From: an uncultured Lentisphaeraceae bacterium
GTDB lineage: Bacteria > Verrucomicrobiota > Kiritimatiellia > RFP12 > UBA1067
Assembly (NCBI GenBank): GCA_964567665.1
Contig: CAZMNN010000005.1
Location: 13,752-77,751, forward strand
DNA: 64,000 bases
Reading direction: 5' to 3'
Shown here: positions 46,005-54,658 of the stretch, piece after piece
Position numbering within the stretch: the stretch's first letter is position 1
Layout of the letters: each line of letters begins with the position of its first letter
The notes under the pieces: generated by a model
Databases searched by the model: none
What the model saw: the letters and a program-made list of their open reading frames with translations, nothing else
Told to the model about the DNA's origin: nothing
Translations under genes and position numbers: made by a program

Positions 46005-47798
46005 ATGAAAACATTGAAGTCTATGCTTGCAGTGGCGACGGCTGTCGGCCTTGCCACCGCAGTTCAGGCCGTGCAAGACAAGTACGTATCTACCGGCTTT
46101 GAAAAGCTGGATCAGGGAGACCCGGTGACGACGGGAGTTAAGGATAACAGCAATGGCGATTCTTACTTCTATTTTGCCGGTAGCAATGACGATGACAATG
46201 AATCGACAATTGTCGCTTTTGAGGACAATGGATCGCCTGTAGCACGTCCGAAAGGTGTGTCACGATTCACTGATGCCGACAGTACGGCCAGGACAAATGC
46301 ATTGCAGGTCAGCACGGGTACCGATCCTCTCCTTCGCACTTTCCTTCCAGCTCCGATTAGCAACAGCGGAACTCTTTCACAATCTCCGATTGAGGAGGTG
46401 ACGTACATTGATACATTGGTTCAATTCACCGTCACTCCGTCAACGGACAATGTGACTCCAGGTGAAGATGACAAGTTGATGATCTATCTCAAAGAAAGCA
46501 TAGTGTCCAACAATACTGATGTTGCGTCCGATGGCACTGATGCTGAAAGTGGTGAACCTGCCAGTACTCCACCGGTAACCAACCTTGTGGTGCTTGCCGG
46601 TTTTCATGGTGCGGAAGGTGTGGTTTCTTACGAATACAATGTCATGAATCCTGGACTTTCGGTTGTTCCCGGAAAGTGGTATCGCCTTACCGTAAAGGTA
46701 ATACCCGATGTCACGCTTTATGTTGATGAAGAAACTAAGGAATACGCCCATGCCGATTTAAGCCATGTAGGGTTCTCCGTCTATATCGATGGCATTCAGT
46801 GCGTATTTGACAAGATGATTTACGATGAGACGATAGAGACGGAGGATGCTCCAGGTTATCTGTATATTGATTCCGTGTACAACAGTGAAGCGAATGGAGC
46901 GCAGATTGATAATAAGGCGATATTGCTCTCATTGCTCGCTGAAAATGGTAAAAGCTTGAACGATTCTAACCAGCCTGTGCTTTACGCTGTAGGTTTTGCC
47001 GGTGAAGGCATGGTGGACGATTTGGTGTATACCACGTCAGATCCTTTCGCATCAACGGTTGATTTCACGCTTGCTTTCGGTGCCGACAATACGATTTCAA
47101 GTGTTGAATATACGGTTGGTGAAACGGTGGGCACCATACAGAACCGGACATTTGAGGATGTTGTGGTTGGTTCGCTTGTGGAAATCAAAGACATTGGATT
47201 CGCTGATGGCTACGAGTTTGACAAATTTACCCTTGCAGGGGTGACGCAGGAGGCTACGACGACAGATGGATCTGTTGCGACGTTTAAGATCAATGATGAT
47301 GCGACAGGTAATGTCAGCCTCACGATTGTGGCGAAGGAAAAGGCCGCTACGTATCCGACATATGTCGATACAAATGACACGACCAGCGCGAGCAAATATG
47401 TTGCATGGTTAGAGGATGTCAGCGGTATTGCCGCAGGCGGGGATGCCTCTGCATATGAGAAGCAGTTCCTCTTGAATCAGGCGATCAGCAAGGCAATCGC
47501 CGACAATGCGCTTGTCATCAAGTCCATCACGGAGAACGCGAACGGCGGCTGGGATATCGTCATCGGCTGCTCGGTTGAGGGTGTTGGTCTCTCGACCACT
47601 GAAGGTGAAAATGCACAGGTTTGCAACGGCTACCTCGCGGTCAGCTACACTTCGGATCTCTCCGGCACCTGGACGACGGAGAACATCAATGTCACGGCTG
47701 GCACCGAGAACGGTACGGTCAAGGTGAACGTCAACAAGAGTGGTGCGAAGTTCATGAAGGTTTCGCTCAAGGCGGCGAAGGAGCCTACGCAGGAGTAA
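46005..47798 (+). CDS. secreted hypothetical protein (597 aa) in an anomalously low-GC patch
   Basis: Signal peptide MKTLKSMLAVATAVGLATAVQA; Thr/Val/Asp/Gly-rich; no recognised domain; GC about 42-50% over 46000-47400 versus about 60-65% elsewhere. Confidence 0.5.
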   Translation: MKTLKSMLAVATAVGLATAVQAVQDKYVSTGFEKLDQGDPVTTGVKDNSNGDSYFYFAGSNDDDNESTIVAFEDNGSPVARPKGVSRFTDADSTARTNALQVSTGTDPLLRTFLPAPISNSGTLSQSPIEEVTYIDTLVQFTVTPSTDNVTPGEDDKLMIYLKESIVSNNTDVASDGTDAESGEPASTPPVTNLVVLAGFHGAEGVVSYEYNVMNPGLSVVPGKWYRLTVKVIPDVTLYVDEETKEYAHADLSHVGFSVYIDGIQCVFDKMIYDETIETEDAPGYLYIDSVYNSEANGAQIDNKAILLSLLAENGKSLNDSNQPVLYAVGFAGEGMVDDLVYTTSDPFASTVDFTLAFGADNTISSVEYTVGETVGTIQNRTFEDVVVGSLVEIKDIGFADGYEFDKFTLAGVTQEATTTDGSVATFKINDDATGNVSLTIVAKEKAATYPTYVDTNDTTSASKYVAWLEDVSGIAAGGDASAYEKQFLLNQAISKAIADNALVIKSITENANGGWDIVIGCSVEGVGLSTTEGENAQVCNGYLAVSYTSDLSGTWTTENINVTAGTENGTVKVNVNKSGAKFMKVSLKAAKEPTQE

Positions 47799-47843
47799 AG
47801 GTTTGAAATAGAACCTGCTGTCGGCGGGAATGTCGCCGCAGCG

Positions 47844-47886
47844 AAGCGGGAGCCGGATGCCATCATGGCGTTCGGCTTCCGCTTTT
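47844..47886 (+). terminator. rho-independent terminator AAGCGGGAGCCG-loop-CGGCTTCCGCTT followed by TTTT
   Basis: 12-bp stem with one G-U pair, 46 nt after the stop of the low-GC gene; abuts the next promoter. Confidence 0.5.
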
Positions 47887-47894
47887 GATATAAT
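47886..47894 (+). promoter_or_regulatory. extended -10 box TGATATAAT upstream of GH16 gene
   Basis: Exact match; ATG 48014 lies about 120 nt downstream. Confidence 0.4.
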
Positions 47895-48013
47895 CCTGCA
47901 CTGGATGTTGATGTGTTCGACATTCAGACGGGCATGGTGATTTGCGGACAGATCAAGTCTGCAGAAAGGATGATGCAGGTATGGTGATGATGGAAGTAAA
48001 CGGCGGCGGAAAC

Positions 48014-49012
48014 ATGAACAGGTTTATGGTTGGCCTTGCGGTGGTTTTTTCATCTGCGATGCTGTTTGCCGCGAACGACGGGACGCAGGTTCTGCAGGCG
48101 TCAGGGAAGAAGCAGCAGGGAAAAGTCTACCGGGAGATAGCCGATCTGCCGGTCGTCTGCCGGTCTGAGGTGTCCGTACCGGGTGAGGAACCCTCGTTCT
48201 TGCCGAACGGGCGGGCATTCCGGCTTGTATGGCACGACGAGTTCGGCGGGACTTCCCTTGACACGACAAAGTGGGGCTACCGCACGAACTTCTGGGGACG
48301 CTCCGCGCACTGGTTCGCGAAGCCGGAGGATAACGCAGTCGAAGTGCGTGACGGACTTCTGCGCCTGAAGCTTGTCAAGCGTCCCGACGGGCAGTTCGTC
48401 TCGCCACAGTTGCAGACGGGTGAGCTGCTTTGGGACTTTCCGGCGGAGGCGAATCCGTCCGGATTCTGGCCGTTAGGCAAACGGGAGAAGCCGAAGTTCC
48501 TCAAGAAATACGGCTATTTCGAATGTCGCGCCCGTCTGCAGCAGCATCCCGGCTGGTGGAGTGCGTTCTGGATGCAGACCGAGGCTCAGGGCGCAACGCT
48601 CGATCCGGCGGTCTCCGGTATCGAGCACGACATCATGGAGTCGTTTGACCCCGGCGAGGTTCTTCCGGCCTGTTTCCACTACAACGGCTACGGAGCGGAC
48701 TACAAGGGCTTCCGCATACCCGACGTCGCGAAAAACGACGAAGCGATCCTGAAGGTGGACACCGAGACGTTCCACACATACGGCTTTCTCTGGACGCCTG
48801 AAGGCTATGAGGTGTACGTCGATGGCCGTCTGCGCGGGCGGAGCGCACGTGCCGTCTCGCACGTCCCGGAGTTCGTGCTGCTTACGACAGAGACGAAGTG
48901 GTACCGCAACGGGCGCATGACGGGGAAGGGCGTTCCGGAGCTTGAGGCCTCGGCAAAGGCCGGGGATGAATTTCTTGTGGACTATGTGCGCGTCTACGAT
49001 CTCGTGCCGTGA
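48014..49012 (+). CDS. glycoside hydrolase family 16 (laminarinase/beta-glucanase-like), secreted
   Basis: Signal peptide; catalytic motif GIEHDIMES (E-x-D-x-x-E), WSAFWM; ORF track start 47942 is probably too early. Confidence 0.7.
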   Translation: MNRFMVGLAVVFSSAMLFAANDGTQVLQASGKKQQGKVYREIADLPVVCRSEVSVPGEEPSFLPNGRAFRLVWHDEFGGTSLDTTKWGYRTNFWGRSAHWFAKPEDNAVEVRDGLLRLKLVKRPDGQFVSPQLQTGELLWDFPAEANPSGFWPLGKREKPKFLKKYGYFECRARLQQHPGWWSAFWMQTEAQGATLDPAVSGIEHDIMESFDPGEVLPACFHYNGYGADYKGFRIPDVAKNDEAILKVDTETFHTYGFLWTPEGYEVYVDGRLRGRSARAVSHVPEFVLLTTETKWYRNGRMTGKGVPELEASAKAGDEFLVDYVRVYDLVP

Positions 49013-49110
49013 GGCTGTCCATCGTGCATATGGATTGCTGCGGTTCTGTTGACGCCGCAGACAGTTTGTCTCCCGAAATCCGCCGTTGATGTCGGCAGGC
49101 GGATGATATT

Positions 49111-49119
49111 TGGTATAAT
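49111..49119 (+). promoter_or_regulatory. extended -10 box TGGTATAAT upstream of gmd
   Basis: About 47 nt before ATG 49166. Confidence 0.45.
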
Positions 49120-49165
49120 GTCGCCAACAACAATCTCAAATGGCGCAAGTGAAGGAAATACGCAG

Positions 49166-50173
49166 ATGAAGAAAGCGTTGATCACCGGAATCACCGGACA
49201 GGACGGAAGCTATCTCGCAGAGCTGCTTCTTGAAAAGGGCTATGAGGTGCATGGCGTGATACGCCGTGCATCGACATTCAACACGCAGCGCATCGACGCC
49301 CTCTACCAGGATCCGCACGTCAACGGCGTGAAGATGTTCCTCCACTACGGCGACATGACGGATTCCAGCTGTCTTGTGAGGCTTGTGCATGAAATCAGAC
49401 CGGACGAGGTGTACAACCTTGCGGCGCAGAGCCATGTGAGGGTGTCGTTCGACAGCCCGGAGTTCACCGGAGACGTGGATGCCCTCGGCACGATGCGGCT
49501 TCTTGAGGCGATCCGCGAGACGGGGCGGGAGAAGGCGATACGCTTCTATCAGGCGTCCACATCGGAACTGTACGGCAAGGTGCAGGAGGTTCCGCAGCGT
49601 GAGACTACGCCGTTCTATCCGCGTTCGCCGTACGCCGTGGCGAAACTGTATGCGTTCTGGGCGGTGAAGAACTACCGCGAGGCGTACGGCATGTTCACAT
49701 CGAACGGCATTCTCTTCAACCACGAGTCCCCGCGTCGCGGAGAGACGTTCGTGACGCGCAAGATCACCCGCGCCGTCGGGCGCATCAAGTACGGTCTCCA
49801 GAGCGATCTTTACATGGGGAACATCAACGCCCTGCGCGACTGGGGATACGCCGGCGACTACGTGGAGGGGATGTGGCGCATCCTTCAGCACGATTCGCCC
49901 GACGATTTCGTGCTTGCCACCGGCGAGATGCACACCGTGAAGGAGTTCCTTGAGGCTGCGTTCGGCCATGCCGGGCTTGACTGGGAGAAATACACGCACC
50001 ACGATTCGCGCTACGACCGCCCGTCGGAGGTCGATCAGCTTCTCGGCGATCCGACGAAAGCCCGTGAGACGCTCGGCTGGGAGCCGAAGGTCAAGTTCGA
50101 CCAGCTGGTCAAGATGATGGTCGATGCCGATCTTGAACTTGCCCGCAAGGAGGCGGCGCTCGCAAATGCATAA
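49166..50173 (+). CDS. gmd: GDP-mannose 4,6-dehydratase
   Basis: [33 protein letters not shown]-x3-K (YAVAKLYA). Confidence 0.9.
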   Translation: MKKALITGITGQDGSYLAELLLEKGYEVHGVIRRASTFNTQRIDALYQDPHVNGVKMFLHYGDMTDSSCLVRLVHEIRPDEVYNLAAQSHVRVSFDSPEFTGDVDALGTMRLLEAIRETGREKAIRFYQASTSELYGKVQEVPQRETTPFYPRSPYAVAKLYAFWAVKNYREAYGMFTSNGILFNHESPRRGETFVTRKITRAVGRIKYGLQSDLYMGNINALRDWGYAGDYVEGMWRILQHDSPDDFVLATGEMHTVKEFLEAAFGHAGLDWEKYTHHDSRYDRPSEVDQLLGDPTKARETLGWEPKVKFDQLVKMMVDADLELARKEAALANA

Positions 50174-51113
50174 GTCTGACAGAATCTACGTGGCCGGGCA
50201 TCGCGGCATGGTCGGCAGCGCGGTGGTGCGCGCACTGAACGCGGCGGGTTACGGCAACATCGCGACCCGTACGCACCGCGAGCTTGACCTGCTCGATCCG
50301 GCGGCGGTCCGCGAATTCTACCGTTCGGAGAGGCCGGACGTGGCCGTGATATGCGCGGCGCGTGTCGGCGGAATCGGCGCGAACTCCGCCGGAAACTCCA
50401 CGTTCCTCTACGAGAACGTCCTCATAGCCATGAACACCGTAATGGGTGCGTACGAGGCCGGCGTGAAGCGTCTTCTGTTCCTTGGCTCCACGTGCATATA
50501 TCCGCGCATGGCGCCGCAGCCGATTCCGGAATCCGCGCTTCTCACCTCACCGCTCGAAAAGACGAACGAAGGATATGCGCTCGCCAAGATCTCAGGGCTG
50601 AAGCTCTGCGAGTTCCTGCGGCGCGACCGTGGCGTGACATACCATTCCCTGATGCCGACGAACCTCTACGGGACTGGGGACAACTACGATGTCGTCGGCG
50701 GACACGTGCTGCCAACCATGATCCGGAAGTTCGAGACCGCCCGCGTCAACGGCGACGCATCCGTGCCGCTCTGGGGGTCGGGTACACCTCTCCGCGAGTT
50801 TCTGCACGTCGACGACCTTGCCGCCGCGTGTCTGTTCATGCTTGAGATGGAGAATCCGCCGGATCTTGTGAACGTCGGCTCAGGAGTGGAGATATCCATC
50901 CGCGAGCTTGCCGAAAAGGTCAAGGCGGCGACGGGATGCCCTGCGGAGATATCGTGGGACAGCACTAAGCCTGACGGCACACCGCGCAAGCTTTGCGACA
51001 CTTCGCTGATACGTTCGCTCGGATGGACGCCGAAGATAGGTCTTGATGAGGGCCTATCCAGGACGATATCCGAATATCGCGCCGCCGTGGCCGACGGAAC
51101 CGTGCGCATCTGA
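50166..51113 (+). CDS. fcl: GDP-L-fucose synthase (GDP-4-keto-6-deoxymannose 3,5-epimerase/4-reductase)
   Basis: [29 protein letters not shown]; overlaps gmd stop (ATGCATAA). Confidence 0.85.
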   Translation: MHKSDRIYVAGHRGMVGSAVVRALNAAGYGNIATRTHRELDLLDPAAVREFYRSERPDVAVICAARVGGIGANSAGNSTFLYENVLIAMNTVMGAYEAGVKRLLFLGSTCIYPRMAPQPIPESALLTSPLEKTNEGYALAKISGLKLCEFLRRDRGVTYHSLMPTNLYGTGDNYDVVGGHVLPTMIRKFETARVNGDASVPLWGSGTPLREFLHVDDLAAACLFMLEMENPPDLVNVGSGVEISIRELAEKVKAATGCPAEISWDSTKPDGTPRKLCDTSLIRSLGWTPKIGLDEGLSRTISEYRAAVADGTVRI

Positions 51114-51115
51114 CG

Positions 51116-51138
51116 GCGTCGCCGTCGGCGACGCTTTG
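51116..51138 (+). terminator. hairpin GCGTCGCCG-T-CGGCGACGC followed by TTTG
   Basis: Starts 3 nt after the fcl stop; GC-rich 9-bp arms. Confidence 0.45.
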
Positions 51139-51192
51139 CACCGGCAAGGCGTCCGCCGCACATCCATATTACACACCCAAGGAGCATAATCC

Positions 51193-52950
51193 ATGAAAAC
51201 AGCTTTAGCCCCCATGTTCATCGCTGCATCGACGTTCTCCGCATTCGCCGCCGCAGGCGATCTCAACTGGAACGTCGATACATACGAGCCGCGCACACCG
51301 ATGATCACCGGATCGGTTGCCTCCGGCTTCCACGGTTCGGTGTCCCCGATGCGACGTGCCGACATATATCTCGTCAACTCGCTTTCGGACGCCAACCGCA
51401 GCTGGAGCGGCGTGGCGTGGCGCAACGAGCGCGTCAACGCCCAGTTTGTGCTTTGGACGCGGGAGGGTGCGGAGCAGGTTCGCATCCATGCGTCAGACCT
51501 TGTGTCGAAGTCCGGCGGCAGAATTTCGTCGGAGGCGTGCAAATTGCGCTTCGTCCGGTACGTGCTCTCCTCACAGGTCAACCAGTCCGGACAGGTGGTG
51601 CATCCCGAGGCGCTCATCGGCGACTGTCTCGACACGGCGGAGCGTGTGGATATGCCGCCGAACAGCTACCGTCCGTTCTGGCTCACGGTGGACGTTCCGG
51701 AGAAGGCCGAACCCGGTAGCTATTCGGGTACCGTCACTGCCGTGGCCCAGGGCGGACGCAGGATCGTCTTTGACGTCTCGTTGGAGGTGCAGGGACGGAC
51801 GCTTCCCTCGCCGAAGGACTGGAAGTTCTTCCTTGACCTCTGGCAGCATCCGTTCGCGGTCGCCCGCTACCACGGCGTAAAGCTGTGGTCAAAGGAACAC
51901 TATTCGCTCATGCGTCCGCTCCTGACGGAACTGGCGGGAATCGGGCAGAAGACAATCACCGCCACGCTTACCGACCTTCCGTGGAACCACCAGAACTTCG
52001 ATCCGTACTACACGATGGTGGAGCACGTGAAGGGTGCGGACGGCAAGTTCACGCACGACTATTCGCTGTTCGACGAATGGGTGGAGTTCGCGCAGTCCTG
52101 CGGACTTGGTCCGCAGATACACTGCTACACGATGGTGACGTGGGGCAACCTCGTCCATTACGTTGACGGCGCGACGGGCGACAAGGTTGCGGAGAAGCTG
52201 ATTCCCGGCACGCCTGAACACGAGGCGTTCTGGGGGCCGTTCCTCGCCGACTTTGAAAGGCATGTCGACAAGAAGGGGTGGCTGGGGCGCGTCTACGTCG
52301 CAATCGACGAACGCAGCCGCGAAGAGCTGATTGCGTCCGCCGCCATCCTGAAGAAATATGCGCCCGGCCTCAAGATTCAGATGGCGGGCAACAGGCCGCC
52401 AAGCACGTTCGAGGGGATTGAGATCCACAACTATTCGCAGGGGATGCGGGCGGACTACGTCTCCCCGGAGTTCAAGGAGGAGGTTAAGGAACGCCGCGCC
52501 AAGGGATGCGTGACGACCACCTACATCTGCTGCAATCCGGCCCGCCCGAACACGTTCACGTATTCGCCGTACGCCGAGCAGCAGTGGCTTGGGCTTTACG
52601 CCGCCGCGCAGGGATTTGACGGAATGCTGCGCTGGGCCGCGTTCAACTGGCCGCGTGATCCGTTCTTTGACACATCCTTCAATCCCCACCACGGCTCGTG
52701 GGCGCCGGGCGACACATTCCTTGTGTACCCAGGCCCGCGCCTGTCTGTCCGCTGGGAGAACCTGCGCGATTCGATCGAAAACTTCGAGAAGATCCGCATC
52801 CTGCGCGAAAGCGGCGCCGCCACCCCGCGTCTTGAGAAGGCGCTTGCCGGGATCGACTACACGAAGGAGGCGGCGAACGGCAGGGAGGAGTACTTCATCT
52901 CCCGCGTTGCCGCCGTCACGGACGCGATCGCGGAGGCGTCCGCAAAGTAG
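51193..52950 (+). CDS. secreted DUF4091-type putative glycoside hydrolase
   Basis: Signal peptide MKTALAPMFIAASTFSAFAAA; overall length and organisation recall the DUF4091 (glycoside-hydrolase-like) family; recollection only. Confidence 0.45.
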   Translation: MKTALAPMFIAASTFSAFAAAGDLNWNVDTYEPRTPMITGSVASGFHGSVSPMRRADIYLVNSLSDANRSWSGVAWRNERVNAQFVLWTREGAEQVRIHASDLVSKSGGRISSEACKLRFVRYVLSSQVNQSGQVVHPEALIGDCLDTAERVDMPPNSYRPFWLTVDVPEKAEPGSYSGTVTAVAQGGRRIVFDVSLEVQGRTLPSPKDWKFFLDLWQHPFAVARYHGVKLWSKEHYSLMRPLLTELAGIGQKTITATLTDLPWNHQNFDPYYTMVEHVKGADGKFTHDYSLFDEWVEFAQSCGLGPQIHCYTMVTWGNLVHYVDGATGDKVAEKLIPGTPEHEAFWGPFLADFERHVDKKGWLGRVYVAIDERSREELIASAAILKKYAPGLKIQMAGNRPPSTFEGIEIHNYSQGMRADYVSPEFKEEVKERRAKGCVTTTYICCNPARPNTFTYSPYAEQQWLGLYAAAQGFDGMLRWAAFNWPRDPFFDTSFNPHHGSWAPGDTFLVYPGPRLSVRWENLRDSIENFEKIRILRESGAATPRLEKALAGIDYTKEAANGREEYFISRVAAVTDAIAEASAK

Positions 52951-52956
52951 CCGGAT

Positions 52957-52972
52957 GCGTCATGGCGTCATG
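52957..52972. repeat. tandem direct 8-mer GCGTCATG GCGTCATG over the -35 region of the etfB-like promoter
   Basis: Exact tandem copy at 52957-52964 and 52965-52972, immediately upstream of TGGTATAAT. Confidence 0.4.
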
Positions 52973-52976
52973 TTTG

Positions 52977-52985
52977 TGGTATAAT
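52977..52985 (+). promoter_or_regulatory. extended -10 box TGGTATAAT upstream of etfB-like gene
   Basis: Exact match about 40 nt before ATG 53026. Confidence 0.45.
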
Positions 52986-53025
52986 GCCGCGCTTTGAGTC
53001 AACAGACAACACAGGTGATAGAGAA

Positions 53026-53826
53026 ATGTCAAAACCGCTGAACATAGTCGTATGCGGATCGCTCGTTCCGGATCCGCTCCAGACACTTGAACCGGTTCAG
53101 ACTCCGCAGGGTCCGGGGCTGAAGAATGAGCAGATGCTTCCGTCGGTGCTTGATCCGTGGGCGGCGTGTGCGCTCTACGAGGCCGCCGCTCTCGCCAAGA
53201 CCCGCCCCGGCTCGAAGGTCACGCTTGTCGCGCTTGGGCCGAAGGCCAAGCTCCAGCAGCTTATGATGACCGTGGCGCAGAAGGTTCCGTTCGAACTTGT
53301 AGCCGTGAACGCCTCTGCAGGCGGCTTCACGGATGCGAAGGCCACGGCGACGGAGCTTGCGAAGGCGATAAAGGCGATGCCGACGGCCCCTGACTTCATC
53401 TTCGGCGGATGCGCAAGCGCATCCCGCGACGCTGGCGTCACTCTTCAGTTCGTTGCGGAGATGCTTGGGATCACCGAGTTCTTCAACGCGGTCGACGAGC
53501 TTAAGCTCGCCGATGACGACGCATTCACGGTCAAGGAGCGCGTGGAGGGCGGCAAGTACCTTTCGTCCACGTGCAGCGGATTCCCTGCGGTCATCGGCTG
53601 GGCGACGGGAAGCCTGCCTGAGCCGCCGAACAACCCGCAGACGGGCATGATGAACATGCGCGGGGTGATGCCGGCTCTCATGAAGGCGCCCATGGCCAAT
53701 GTCGGCGCGGGCGGAATCGCATGGGAGAAGGCCGAAATCCCCGCGTCAAGGCGCGATACGGTTGTCAAGAAGGATATGTCCGTTGAGGATATCGCCAAGG
53801 AAATAGTGGAGTGGGTGAAATCATGA
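53026..53826 (+). CDS. electron-transfer-flavoprotein beta-subunit-like protein (EtfB/FixA family, divergent)
   Basis: LNIVVCGSLVPDP (ETF-beta KILVCVKxVPD), LDPWAACALYEAAALAK, VTLVALGP; collinear with ETFB over the whole length at low identity. Confidence 0.65.
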   Translation: MSKPLNIVVCGSLVPDPLQTLEPVQTPQGPGLKNEQMLPSVLDPWAACALYEAAALAKTRPGSKVTLVALGPKAKLQQLMMTVAQKVPFELVAVNASAGGFTDAKATATELAKAIKAMPTAPDFIFGGCASASRDAGVTLQFVAEMLGITEFFNAVDELKLADDDAFTVKERVEGGKYLSSTCSGFPAVIGWATGSLPEPPNNPQTGMMNMRGVMPALMKAPMANVGAGGIAWEKAEIPASRRDTVVKKDMSVEDIAKEIVEWVKS

Positions 53827-54656
53827 GGATCGTAGCGTTCAGGATTGACGGCAACGGGACTTTTGCGCAGGACGTACCGGCGTTCGCGCAGGCGATCAAG
53901 GACAGCGGGGCGGATATTGTGATTCTCCCCGGCAATTCCCGCGTGAAGCGTTCCGCCGCTGCGGCGGCGCTCCGTGCCGGCGGCGAGGTGGACACCAACG
54001 TGGTGGAGCTTGAGGTTGCGGACGGCAAGGCCGTCGCGAGCCGATGGGTGTACAGGCAGCGCATCTTCACGAAGTTCACGCGCACCGCAAAGCCGTGGGT
54101 CATCGTGGCCGACCCCTCGCTGTTCCAGGGGATGTGCGAGTCGGTCAACGCCGAGATGCAGACGCTTGACGTTCAGCCGGCGGCATCCCGCACCGTCGTC
54201 AACGGTGTCGAGAACGCCGGAACGGGCGGCGAATCAACGATACGCCCCGATGCGGAGCTGCTGTTCGTCGCCGGCGCGGGCTGGACGAAGAAGCAGGCGG
54301 ACGGCGCACTTCATTTAGACGATGCCGCCGCGACGATCACCGGCTTCCTCGCGAAGTCCGGCGCGTCTCTCGGCTCCTCGAAGTCGCTTGTGGACATGCC
54401 GGAGGCGGCGGAGGTGTTCAAGTTCATGAGCCACATGAACCAGGTCGGCCAGACCGGCTCCACTCCGCGTCACAAGAAGGGGCTTTCGACGTGCTGCCAC
54501 GGCGAGGAGCCGCATGTGGTCGGCTGGAGATTCGTCAACGAACGCAGGGCGGTCAACCTTGACGCAAACTGCGGCTGGGCGCAGGGCAAGGCCGATGTGG
54601 TGTATGTCGCCGATGCCTTTGCGGTCATGAAGAAGGTGAATGAGCTTCTTGGCTGA
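53823..54656 (+). CDS. electron-transfer-flavoprotein alpha-subunit-like protein (EtfA/FixB family, strongly divergent)
   Basis: AELLFVAGAGW and QVGQTGSTP resemble ETF-alpha, but the downstream FAD-binding signature (GISGAIQH) is not recognisable; ATGA coupling to the etfB-like gene. Confidence 0.5.
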   Translation: MRIVAFRIDGNGTFAQDVPAFAQAIKDSGADIVILPGNSRVKRSAAAAALRAGGEVDTNVVELEVADGKAVASRWVYRQRIFTKFTRTAKPWVIVADPSLFQGMCESVNAEMQTLDVQPAASRTVVNGVENAGTGGESTIRPDAELLFVAGAGWTKKQADGALHLDDAAATITGFLAKSGASLGSSKSLVDMPEAAEVFKFMSHMNQVGQTGSTPRHKKGLSTCCHGEEPHVVGWRFVNERRAVNLDANCGWAQGKADVVYVADAFAVMKKVNELLG

Positions 54657-54658
54657 CG

